Both the position numbers and the translations under genes were made by a program. Below are positions 40,187 through 51,872 of a DNA stretch of 64,000 bases, in pieces (the stretch's first letter is position 1; each line of letters starts with the position of its first letter). The stretch is from contig OZ024740.1 in NCBI GenBank assembly GCA_964016885.1, positions 431,024,001 to 431,088,000 on the forward strand. Reading direction: 5' to 3'. Source of the DNA: Eledone cirrhosa. Taxonomy: Eukaryota. The notes under the pieces were generated by a model. It made no database searches. It saw only the letters and a list, made by a program, of their open reading frames with translations, and had not been told where the DNA came from.

Positions 40187-40899
40187 TGTTTCACATCCGC
40201 TTTTCCTGCTAGTAAAAGTTGGACAATAATAATAATAATAAAGATATGAACCTACATTCTTCAAGAAATCTATATGGGATGAACATCACCACCACTATCA
40301 CCATCATCACAATCACCACCATAACCATCATCACCACAATCATCATCATCATTGTTGTCTATTTTCCACACTATATTACCCCCTCAGTCATTACCAACAT
40401 ATTATTCCCAACACCAATACAAAGTCCTCTTTATATTCCACTAACCTACCTTCCTCTTGTCACATTTTCTACTTCGACATGTGACTAACATTCACCTTCT
40501 ATATTTATTGACTCTAAATAATTTCCCACAGTCAATTGTGATTACATCAGAGCCACAACAATAAACCCTGATCTTGATTTTTGTTTTCTAGTTTTCTTAA
40601 CAAAGACATCAGAGTCGGATATTTTAAAGTCATTTAACATTGACACGTGAGCTTTGAAATACACATCCTACACACATAGCTACAGACAGTACATACACTA
40701 CTAAACTACAGTCATTACCCACAATCGAGTATGACTTGGTAGTATATACCATGTTTTACTATACACATCCTACACACATAGCTACACTCATGACACACAC
40801 ATATTCACATAAGAATGAATAGCTTTTTACATATATAAAAATATATCAACAAATAATTATGCCTGAATATATACACATTTCACATACATTGTATATATG

Positions 40900-41665
40900 G
40901 TAAATTCCCGAGATCGATGGACGAGTTCTCTCCAGCGGTCTCTGTCCTGCATCATCGCTGCTATGTCCTGCCTCTCCCAGAGACCAGTGCCTGTCCTTAG
41001 GGTATCAATATATGTCAACCTTGGTCTCCCTGTTCTAGTGTCTAGTGTGTCCGTGTAGGGGCTCCTACAGGAGCACTGAGTGCAGTGTCAACTCTGGATG
41101 TCGGTGAGCATGTCCAGCTAACCTCAGTCTCCTCTGTGTTACTTTCGAGCTGACATTTGGGAGGCTCCCGTACAGCTCTGAGTTCTTCATCCTCAGTGTA
41201 TACTGATTAATTTTCAGAGCCATCCTCGGCATTCTCGTATAGCACCCATCCACCATCTGAGTGAGTTTCTTGGTCAGTGTCCAAGTCTCAGACCCGTACA
41301 GCAACACAGACTCCACTACAGCAATGAAGAGACGGATCTTCAGGTCTTTACGAAAGTCCGACTTCCACACCGATCTCAAGCTGCGGCACACTGCCAGGCT
41401 TTGGTCTTCCTCTCCATTACATCATCCTCTGTGTTCCCAATCTTTGCTCCCAGATACAGGGAGTCCTCAACCAACTCTAGCGGCTTCCCACCTACTTTCA
41501 TAATCTTCTCTGGCATCTTAATATTCTCTACCAGATACTTTGTCTTAATCTCATTCATTCTCAACCCCACACTCATCGACACAGTCTCCACCTCCTGCAT
41601 CAAATCTTCTGCCTCCTTCACAGTGTTTGTCACCAGAACTATGTTGTCAGGAAATTCAGCATCTG
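40900..41665 (-). mobile_element. 5'-truncated, decayed RTE-clade LINE (RT C-terminal part)
   Basis: ORFs 41376-41633 and 41065-41391 give GLRMNEIKTK, LYLG, VLLYGSETWTL, RRLRLAGH, then DRDRWR near the 3' end; degenerate FPDN at the F/YADD position; frameshifted. Confidence 0.9.
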
Positions 41666-42057
41666 ATATCTTTTATATATATATCTGATATATATGTAAG
41701 CTTATTAGCTATCATCAGCATCGTATACCTTCCTGTCAGATGATTGAACGTCTGAAAGTATATACTTTCCTTATGCATATTAACAGCTGAGCAGCCTAAT
41801 TTGCATATCGAGTGAGTTAGTTGGCCGGGGTACCGAAAACGATAAATGGAAAAGAATGAAATGAAATTTCATTTCTCAGTCTTAGTACGGCTGATACTTA
41901 AATATAAGTATGTATACATACATACATATATGTATACAGGCGTACAGTAGTATGTATATATATATATACATACATGCACACATATATATATGTACGTATG
42001 AGTTTACCGAACATTTATTATAATGTTCGGTTTGTTTGTAAACAAACAGCCCGAATT

Positions 42058-42179
42058 AAGCCGTACAGTGTTCGGCAACCATCGTTGCCCTAATAGCTAA
42101 GAAGCTTGAAACTATTTCAACGTTCCTTTGTCAGTGTTGAACAAAAAGGCGACGATTGTTGCCGAACACTGTACGGCTT
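42058..42179. repeat. 32-bp inverted repeat (MITE-like foldback)
   Basis: AAGCCGTACAGTGTTCGGCAACCATCGTTGCC ... GGCGACGATTGTTGCCGAACACTGTACGGCTT, 2 mismatches. Confidence 0.85.
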
Positions 42180-42193
42180 CATGACTTTACTTA

Positions 42194-42587
42194 AATAATT
42201 GTTTCTACTTTTGGCACAAGGCCAGCAATTACCCAGTGCATTACTGGTACTTTATTTTATCGATCCCGTAAGGATGAAAGGCAAAGTTAACCTCGGCGGT
42301 ATTTGAACTCAGAATGGCAAGGGCCATAACTCTATGCTGCAAAGCATGGCGTCCGACCCTCTAGCGATACTGCCAATACCCCGCCCTTCGTCGAAGTAAT
42401 AATTGTTTCTACTTTAGGCACAAGGCCAGCAATTACCCAGTGCATTACTGGTACTTTATTTTATCGATCCCGTAAGGATGAAAGGCAAAGTTAACCTCGG
42501 CGGTATTTGAACTCAGAATGGCAAGGGCCATAACTCTATGCTGCAAAGCATGGCGTCCGACCCTCTACCGATACTGCCAATCACCCA
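42194..42587 (-). mobile_element. Head-to-tail SINE dimer (period about 204 bp)
   Basis: Two near-identical copies, each with minus-strand A box TGGCAGTATCG, B box GAGTTCAAAT and an ATT-type tail. Confidence 0.88.
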
Positions 42588-42798
42588 AGTAATAATGGTG
42601 AGTAGGTAGATGTATAAAATACTAATGACAGTAATGATAATAACATGAAAAGTAATATGATATACAATATATGATATGTGAAATGTTGGTCTCTTGTAGA
42701 TTGGTGAGTTGAGGCCGTGCTAATATAGTGGATTGAATTCATGAATTGGCGAAATAAAAGTGATAAAAAATAATAAAGGATTAAAATAAAAAGTAAAA

Positions 42799-43975
42799 GG
42801 GTCTGTTTGTCAGTCCTACCTGGGGTCTGTTTGTCAGGTCTACCTGGGGTCTGTCTATCAGGCCTACCTGGGGTCTGTTTATCAGGCCTATCTGGGGTCT
42901 GTTTGTCAGGTCTACCTGGGGTCTGTTTGTCAGGTCTACCTGAGGTCTGTCTGTCCTACCTGGGGTCTGTTTGTCAGTCCTACCTGGGGTCTGTTTCTCA
43001 GGTCTACCTGGGTTCTGTTTGTCAGGTTACCTGGGGTCCGTTTGTCAGGTCTAATTGGGGACTGTCTGTCAGTCCTACCTGGGGTCTGTTTGTCGAGCCT
43101 ATCTGGGGTCTGTTTCTCAGTCCTACTTGGGGTTTGTTTGTCAGTCCTACCTGGGGTCTGTTTTGTCAGTCCTACCCGGGGTCTGTTTGTCAGTCCTACC
43201 TGGGGTCTGTTTCTCAGGTCTACCTGGGGTCTGTTTGTCAGTCCTACCTGGGGTCTGTCTATCAGTCCTACCTGGGGTCTGTTTGTCAGTCCTACCTGGG
43301 GTCTGTTTGTCAGTCCTACCTGGGGTCTGTTTGTCAGGTCTACCTGGAGTCTGTGTTGTCAGGTCTACCTGGGGTCTGTTTCTCAGGTCTACCTGGGGTC
43401 TGTTTGTCAGTCCTACCTGGGGTCTGTCTGTCAGTCCTATCTGGGGTCTGTTTGTCAGTCCTACCTGGAGTCTGTTTGTCAGTCCTACCTGGGGTCTGTT
43501 TGTCAGTCCTACCTGGAGTCTGTTTGTCAGTCCTACCTGGGGTCTGTTTGTCAAGTCTACCTGGGGTCTGTTTGTCAGGTCTACCTGGGGTCTGTTTGTC
43601 AGTCCTACCTGGGGTTTGTTTGTCAGGTCTACCTGGGGTCTGTTTGTCAGGTCTACCTGGGGTCTGTTTGTCAGTCCTACCTGGGGTCTGTTTCTCAGTC
43701 CTACTTGGGGTTTGTTTGTCAGTCCTACCTGGGGTCTGTTTGTCAGGTCTACCTGGGGTGTGTTTGTCAGTCCTACCTGGGGTCTGTCTGTCAGTCCTAC
43801 CTGGGATCTGTTTGTCAGTCCTACCTGGAGTCTGTTTGTCAGGTCTACCTGGGGTCTGTTTGTCAGTCCTACTTGGGGTCTGTTTGTCAGGTCTACCTGG
43901 GGTCTGTTTGTCAGTCCTACCTGGGGTCTGTTTGTCAGGTCTACCTGGGGTCTGTTTGTCAGGTCTACCTGGGGT
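42799..43975. repeat. 24-bp minisatellite, short paralogous array
   Basis: Same monomer; variant order at 42900-43350 matches about 35400-35850. Confidence 0.97.
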
Positions 43976-44059
43976 ATATTTTATGAGGAATAAGTTGAAC
44001 AATCCATATTAGTATTTACACACAGCCATGTTCTGTTGATTGGAGAATTTCTTGTGAGG

Positions 44060-44897
44060 CACCGCCACCATTACCACCACCACTACCACTACCACTACCA
44101 ATACCACCACCACCACCACTAGCACTACCACCACTACTACCACTACTACCACTACTACCACTACCACTACCACTACCACTGCCACCACCACCACTACCAC
44201 CACCACTACCACCACCACTACCAAACCACCACCACTACCACTACCACAACCACTACCACTACCACCACCACTGCCACCACCACCACCACTACCACCACCA
44301 CCTTTACTACCACCACCACCACCACCACCACCAGCACCACCACCACTGCCACCACCACCATACTACCACCAACACCACCACCACCACCACCACCACCGCC
44401 GCCGCCACCACCACCACCACTACCACCACCACCACCACCACCACTACCACCACCAACACCACCACAACCACCACCACCACCACCACTACCAACACCAGCA
44501 CCACCACCACCACCACCACCACTACCACCACCAACACCACCACAACCACCACCACCACCACCACTACCAACACCAGCACCACCACCACCACCACCACCAA
44601 CAACACCACCACGACCACAACCACCACCACCACCACTACCAACACCACCAACAACACCACCACCACCACAACCACCACCACCGCCACCACCACCACTACC
44701 ACCACCAACACCACCACAACCACCACCACCACCACCACCACCACTACCAACACCAGCACCACCACCAACAACAACACCACCACGACCACAACCACCACCA
44801 CCACCAGTACCAACACCAGCACCACCACCACCACCACCACTACCACCACCACCACACCACCACCACCACCACCACCACCACCACCACCACTACCAAC

Positions 44898-44928
<31 letters not shown>

Positions 44929-45467
44929 CCACCACCACCACCACCACCACTACCAACACCAACACACCACCACCACCAACAACACCACCAACACACCACC
45001 ACCATTACCACCACCACTACCACCACCACCACCACCACAACCGCCGCCACCACCACCACCACCACCACCACCACCACCACCACCACCACCACTGCCACCA
45101 GCACTACCAACACCAGCACCACCACCACCACCACCACCAACAACACCACCAACACACCACCACCACCATTACCACCACCACTACCACCACCACCACCACC
45201 ACAACCACCGCCACCACCACCACCACTACCACCACCACCACTACCACCAACACCGCCACCACCACCACCACCGCCACCACCACCAACAACACCACCACCA
45301 CCATTACCACCACCACTACCACCACCACCACCACCACAACCACCGCCACCACCGCCACCACCACCACCACCACCACTACCAGCACCACCACCACTACCAA
45401 CACCAGCACCGCCACCACCACCACAACCACCGCCACCACCACCACTGCCACCACCACCACTGCCACC
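44060..45467. repeat. (ACC)n tract, paralogous unit
   Basis: Seen directly. Confidence 0.97.
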
Positions 45468-45733
45468 GTGGCAATGACATTGTATTAACCTAATGATTTA
45501 ATTAATTAATGAGCCCGACACTAACAATATTGACTACAACTGTCACAGCACTATTGTGACAATGTTTTGTAAAGACATTTGACATATTTTATTGTATTTA
45601 TCAATGGAGACATTAGTAATAATTCTATTTTTATTAAATGTCTTGACCATTATAATTCCTTGACGAATGAAAATAACCAGGAAACTTATTTACTATCCAA
45701 GTTACTTCTCGTTAGCTGTTTTCTTCCTTATAG

Positions 45734-45832
45734 GCTTCGTATGTATGATGAGGTCCTTTGTGAAGCAATGTTTTACAACTGGGACACCTGCCAATCCTTT
45801 TCATGTGGTGGTGATGATCTAGCAGTGATATG
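45734..45832 (+). CDS. Candidate 99-bp exon, second copy
   Basis: Identical to 38063-38161 including splice sites. Confidence 0.45.
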
Positions 45833-46055
45833 GTATATCTATTATAAACCACACAGTGTACTCTTGCAGCAGTTACTGAAGCAATTCTAGAAAGAACTAA
45901 CAATTTAAAGAAACAATTATATTTTAGAATAAAAATATCTAAGAGAGTCATTGAAAGAGAGATCCAATTCTTGTCATCTTCCATGAATATCACATGTCCA
46001 AACCAAGGCAGCTTACTCTCTTATTTACTACAACTGATTCTTCTTATACCCACAG

Positions 46056-46110
46056 TTTTCCTCTCAAATTATCTCTCCGCCATTGGAATACTCAACCATT
46101 TATATATTAA
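46056..46110 (+). CDS. Candidate terminal coding exon (…C FPLKLSLRHWNTQPFIY*), present only in copy B
   Basis: Branch-like CTGAT plus TCTTCTTATACCCACAG acceptor; phase fits the 99-bp exon; inference only. Confidence 0.25.
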
Positions 46111-47234
46111 GCAGGATGTTCCGTTGATCAATTGGAACACTTGTTGTCATAACCGACGGAGTGTCACTACAATTGTTCATATATATTAACATTACACATC
46201 CAGTGATGATGATGGTGGTGATAGTGGTGATGATGATGATATGACAAACTGCTATAGATGGTTTCTATGAACTAAATTCTACTGAAAATGTATTATTGGT
46301 CAACTTACTATTACATTTTTATTTTATTTCTAAGACCAGTAAAATATAAATAAATTCTCCAGAGGAGATTTAATTCTGTACATATTAGTTTTTGTAAATT
46401 ATTGGAAATAATTAAACATTATCATGAAACTCAGTCAAATAATTAGCTTGATAGGACATTAGCCCCCTAATTACAAGTTTGTGTGTGTGTGTGACAGCTC
46501 ACACCTACGCAGGTTTAGCTGGCCTCCTCCAAGGTATATCTCGTTGGAGGTGTCTTGGGTGATTTAATGATAAGGACCTCAGTGATATCATCTCATTTCT
46601 ACAGCTGAGTAAACTGGAGCAACATGAAATAAAGTGTCTTGCTCAAGTAAACAACACATCACCCGATCTGAGAATTGAACTCACAACCTTTTAATTGCAA
46701 GCCCAATGCTCTAACCACTAAGCCATGCACCTTCACAAATCACAAGTTTACTGAATTATAGAAGCTTCCAGAGAAACATCACTTTTATTTATTTATCTCA
46801 GCTAACTACCGTATATATTAGAATATAAGCTAATCAGAATATAAGCCAAAACCCCTATTTTATGTCTGAGAAATAGGTAAAAATCCCAACCCTGTTTATG
46901 AACCAAGGCAGCTAATCAACACATTGTTTGGATGGTGTATATAAACCATTCTCCCATTATTACCATCAATTATTTTGGTCATATATTCCTTGGCTTATAT
47001 TCTAGTATATATGGTATATGTGCAAAGTTAACCTACACTCAGTAGGCTCCTCCAAACCAAACACACCCCAACCCACAACCCCACTCCATCCTCCCACTCC
47101 CACCAACACCACCCTTTCTCTGTAAAGTTGGTACCACAACATCCAGTCCTAAATAAATGAGGTCGTGTAGGTGTCACGACAAAAAAACACAGTCCACACT
47201 GTAATGTGACCATGTAGGTAACACGGTAAAAAGC

Positions 47235-47422
47235 TCCCAGTCCACACTGTAAATGTGGTTGGTGATAGGAAGGGCATCCAGTCGTAGAAAACCTGCTAGA
47301 CAGTCCTATACGAGTGAGACATGGTCACGCAACCAATCTTGCCTCAAATTGGGACAACTCCCATCTAAACCATGCTAGAGTGGAAGATAGACGTTGAACG
47401 ATGATGTTGATGATGATGATGG
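47235..47422 (+). mobile_element. SINE-like interspersed repeat 3' part with (GAT)n tail
   Basis: GTGGTTGG...GGAAGGGCATCCAG...CCATGCTAG...GACGTTGAACGATGATG; related pieces at about 57350-57460 and 59750-60170. Confidence 0.55.
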
Positions 47423-47650
47423 TAAATATTTCTAACTTGATGAATGAAATGTGATATCTGTAACATAGACATTGTTTAACTGCACTGTTTAGTGAGGGGG
47501 TGGGTGTCCATAACCCTTTCCAGGACCTTCGAAATTGGTAGAAAGGAGAGGAGGAAGGTGTTCTCAAACTAAAGACATGTTCTGATAGTTTCTAATATAG
47601 TGGATTTCATGAAGGCTCACAACAGTTAGGTAGTACTATTAACCCTTTAG

Positions 47651-49945
47651 CATTTACATTACTCTATATATACTATTGTATTTTCACAGTAAAGGCTTTA
47701 CCTCACATAATACCTCACATAACATTTACATTACTCTATATATACTATTGTATTTTCACAGTAAAGGCTTTACCTCACATAATACCTCACATAGCATTTA
47801 CATTACTCTATATATACTATTGTATTTTCACAGTAAAGGCTTTACCTCATATAATACCTCACATAACATTTACATTACTCTATATATACTATTGTATTTT
47901 CACAGTAAAGGCTTTACCTCACATAATACCTCACATAACATTTACATTACTCTATATATACTATTGTATTTTCACAGTAAAGGCTTTACCTCACATAATA
48001 TCTCATAACATTTACATTACTCTATATATACTATTGTATTTTCACAGTAAAGGCTTTACCTCATATAATACCTCACATAACATTTACATTACTCTATATA
48101 TACTATTGTATTTTCACAGTAAAGGCTTTACCTCACATAATACCTCACATAACATTTACATTACTCTATATATACTATTGTATTTTCACAGTAAAGGCTT
48201 TACCTCACATAATATCTCATAACATTTACATTACTCTATATATACTATTGTATTTTCACAGTAAAGGCTTTACCTCATATAATACCTCACATAACATTTA
48301 CATTACTCTATATATACTATTGTATTTTCACAGTAAAGGCTTTACCTCACATAATACCTCACATAACATTTACATTACTCTATATATACTATTGTATTTT
48401 CACAGTAAAGGCTTTACCTCACATAATATCTCATAACATTTACATTACTCTATATATACTATTGTATTTTCACAGTAAAGGCTTTACCTCATATAATACC
48501 TCACATAACATTTACATTACTCTATATATACTATTGTATTTTCACAGTAAAGGCTTTACCTCACATAATACCTCACATAACATTTACATTACTCTATATA
48601 TACTATTGTATTTTCACAGTAAAGGCTTTACCTCACATAATATCTCACAGAACATTTACATTACTCTATATATACTATTGTATTTTCACAGTAAAGGCTT
48701 TACCTTACATAATTATCTCACATAACATTTACATTACTCTATATATACTATTGTATTTTCACAGTAAAGGCTTTACCTCATATAATACCTCACATAACAT
48801 TTACATTACTCTATATATACTATTGTATTTTCACAGTAAAGGCTTTACCTCACATAATATCTCACAATATTTACATTACTCTATATATACTATTGTATTG
48901 TCACAGTAAAGGCTTTACCTCACATAATATCTCACATAACATTTACATTACTCTATATATACTATTGTATTTTCACAGTAAAGGCTTTACCTCATATAAT
49001 ACCTCACATAACATTTACATTACTCTATATATACTATTGTATTTTCACAGTAAAGGCTTTACCTCACATAATACCTCACATAACATTTACATTACTCTAT
49101 ATATACTATTGTATTTTCACAGTAAAGGCTTTACCTCACATAATATCTCATAACATTTACATTACTCTATATATACTATTGTATTTTCACAGTAAAGGCT
49201 TTACCTCATATAATACCTCACATAACATTTACATTACTCTATATATACTATTGTATTTTCACAGTAAAGGCTTTACCTCACATAATACCTCACATAACAT
49301 TTACATTACTCTATATATACTATTGTATTTTCACAGTAAAGGCTTTACCTCACATAATATCTCATAACATTTACATTACTCTATATATACTATTGTATTT
49401 TCACAGTAAAGGCTTTACCTCATATAATACCTCACATAACATTTACATTACTCTATATATACTATTGTATTTTCACAGTAAAGGCTTTACCTCACATAAT
49501 ACCTCACATAACATTTACATTACTCTATATATACTATTGTATTTTCACAGTAAAGGCTTTACCTCACATAATATCTCACAGAACATTTACATTACTCTAT
49601 ATATACTATTGTATTTTCACAGTAAAGGCTTTACCTTACATAATTATCTCACATAACATTTACATTACTCTATATATACTATTGTATTTTCACAGTAAAG
49701 GCTTTACCTCATATAATACCTCACATAACATTTACATTACTCTATATATACTATTGTATTTTCACAGTAAAGGCTTTACCTCACATAATATCTCACAATA
49801 TTTACATTACTCTATATATACTATTGTATTTTCACAGTAAAGGCTTTACCTCACATATTACCTCACATAACATTTACATTACTCTATATATACTATTGTA
49901 TTTTCACAGTAAAGGTTTTACCTCACATAATATCTCACATAACAT
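47651..49945. repeat. 72-bp tandem array (about 32 copies; 70-bp variants; 214-bp and 931-bp higher-order periods)
   Basis: Unit CATTTACATTACTCTATATATACTATTGTATTTTCACAGTAAAGGCTTTACCTCACATAATACCTCACATAA. Confidence 0.97.
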
Positions 49946-50155
49946 CTCGTATACGAGAGACGTGTGTTGACGTGTGTGAACAAGCTCGGCTACCGAGTCG
50001 GATTTACTTACTCAAAAGTGAGTTTTGATTAATTTTTTTATACTGTAATATACGTTAACCCCTTGCCTTGGTCGTCAAACTTTGAGTTTATTTATTTTCG
50101 CCCCTTTTTGGGGCGAATTTTCCAGTTAAAAACTTATTACGGCAAACTAATAGAA

Positions 50156-51851
50156 ATGGACGGAATTTTCACATCTCATCCTAACGTGAAAGCCACGCCC
50201 CCTAAGAAAGGTGATACAGAGAAGCTAGAAGCACAAGGCTCTAAGTCTTCCCTCCTGACTTCTGCAAAAGAAACATGGAACACGGAATTAAAAGAAAAAT
50301 TTGTAAAAATGGGTGAAAACCCAGAAAGTCACATAAACGCAGACAAAAACAACAACGACAATAACAGCAATAGTCACAACACCAACCAAGGAAAAAATAA
50401 CGATAACACCAAACAAAGCGAACCCACTACTGGTGCCTCCTTTGCACAGGCGGTCCGGAAAACACAAACCTGCAAGCAACTGGACATTACAACTCTGAGA
50501 GAAAAGATGAAGGAAGCGAAACAGTATGTAACTTTCAAAGAAGGAGGAGACTTCACAATCACCTCCCCACAAGAAATCAAAAGAGACACGACGCTAAGAA
50601 CGATATCTTTCAGAACAATTTCCAACATAACAAGGAAACCAACTCAATTATCCCCAAAAGAGATTGAGCTGGTCCTAAAAAATGTGTGGAGTGATATATC
50701 GTTCATACAAAAAGGGCCACTCTATGGGAATATAACGGTCCTAATGAAGGATCAATTGACGGCCAGGAAATACTCTGTGGCGCCAATTGTTTCCAAGCTA
50801 CATACATTTTTCCCCACATATTTAGGGAAAAGAACGCAGAAGATAAGGGTCTCCGGAATCCGGCCAAATGCATGCATTTCCTGGGTACTAACAGGATTTT
50901 TAGAAGACGAGGACGGAATCCTTTCAGTAGGAGAAGTCACCACAGACGTTTTCGGCGGTTTGAGCGTGGAGGTTCTGGTCCAAATGAGACCAGAACGAAT
51001 AGCTAGAATACCACAGAGGGTGTCCCTCGATGGAGAAACATTTATATATATTTCAGCCGAGGGTAGGAGGCCCATATGTTACTACTGTTCAAGCAGGGGT
51101 CATCTAAGGGCTGCTTGTCCTCAATTGACAAAAAAAGGCTCTTTTGCCTACACCCCACACACCACCACCGCCACCACCACCACCACCACCACCACAACAA
51201 CAACAAAAACAACACGGAAAAATAACACAAGACACGGCCCCACCCAAAACAACTCCCAAAACACACACAAATACAACAAAACCCCAAAATACACCACTAC
51301 CCGACAGCACGGACGAGGACCCAGCTGAAACGGCACCTGTAAAAAGGAAAAAAAGAAAGCACCACTCGAACATAAACGAAACAAACACACAACCACCAAC
51401 AAAAACAAAACAAACAGAACAAACAAAATCCGCCCCACCCCAAAACATAACACATACAACAAAACGTAAGCACACACAAGAACAACAAACAAACACAACA
51501 CAAATAAAACAGTATACATACATTAACACAAATAACAAAGAACTCGTAAAAACAATACACAACGACCCTTTGGTGGAAACTGAAGGGCAATTCTTTGCAA
51601 GCGCGGCCAACAAACCGCATTTAAAAATGATAAGACTCCCAATGGACACCTATGCAAAACTAAGAGAGAACTTTCCTGAGGACGTGGGGAAAACATGTAC
51701 TCGACCCTATAACCGCGTCCTCTTGAAACGTTTCCCCACCCACACCTCACCAAACACCCCCACTCCACCACAGAACAACACCCCACCAAACAACCCCTCC
51801 AATACGCCCATGGATATTGTGCAACCTGCTCCTCAGGAGCCGAACAGGTAG
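50156..51851 (+). pseudogene. Tx1 ORF1 (gag-like, CCHC zinc knuckle), one frameshift
   Basis: ATG 50156 (MDGIF); CYYCSSRGHLRAAC = CX2CX4HX4C; removing one A from the A7 run at 51130-51136 joins it to the Pro/Thr/Lys-rich frame (KRKKRK) ending at 51851. Confidence 0.85.
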
Positions 51852-51872
51852 GTCCTTCCTCTTTTAACCAAC

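Larger units (their letters stand above)
45468..47154. repeat. Unique part of segmental duplication, copy B (about 170 bp longer than copy A)
   Basis: Aligns to 37797-39316 except for about 45955-46140. Confidence 0.95.

Noticed and set aside
42692-42712. TTGTAG-ATTG-GTGAGT as a 4-nt micro-exon
   Set aside because: Such short motifs arise by chance and no flanking exon model supports it.
47676-49656. MYFHSKGFTS repeat ORFs
   Set aside because: Translation of the 72-bp array, interrupted by 70-bp units.
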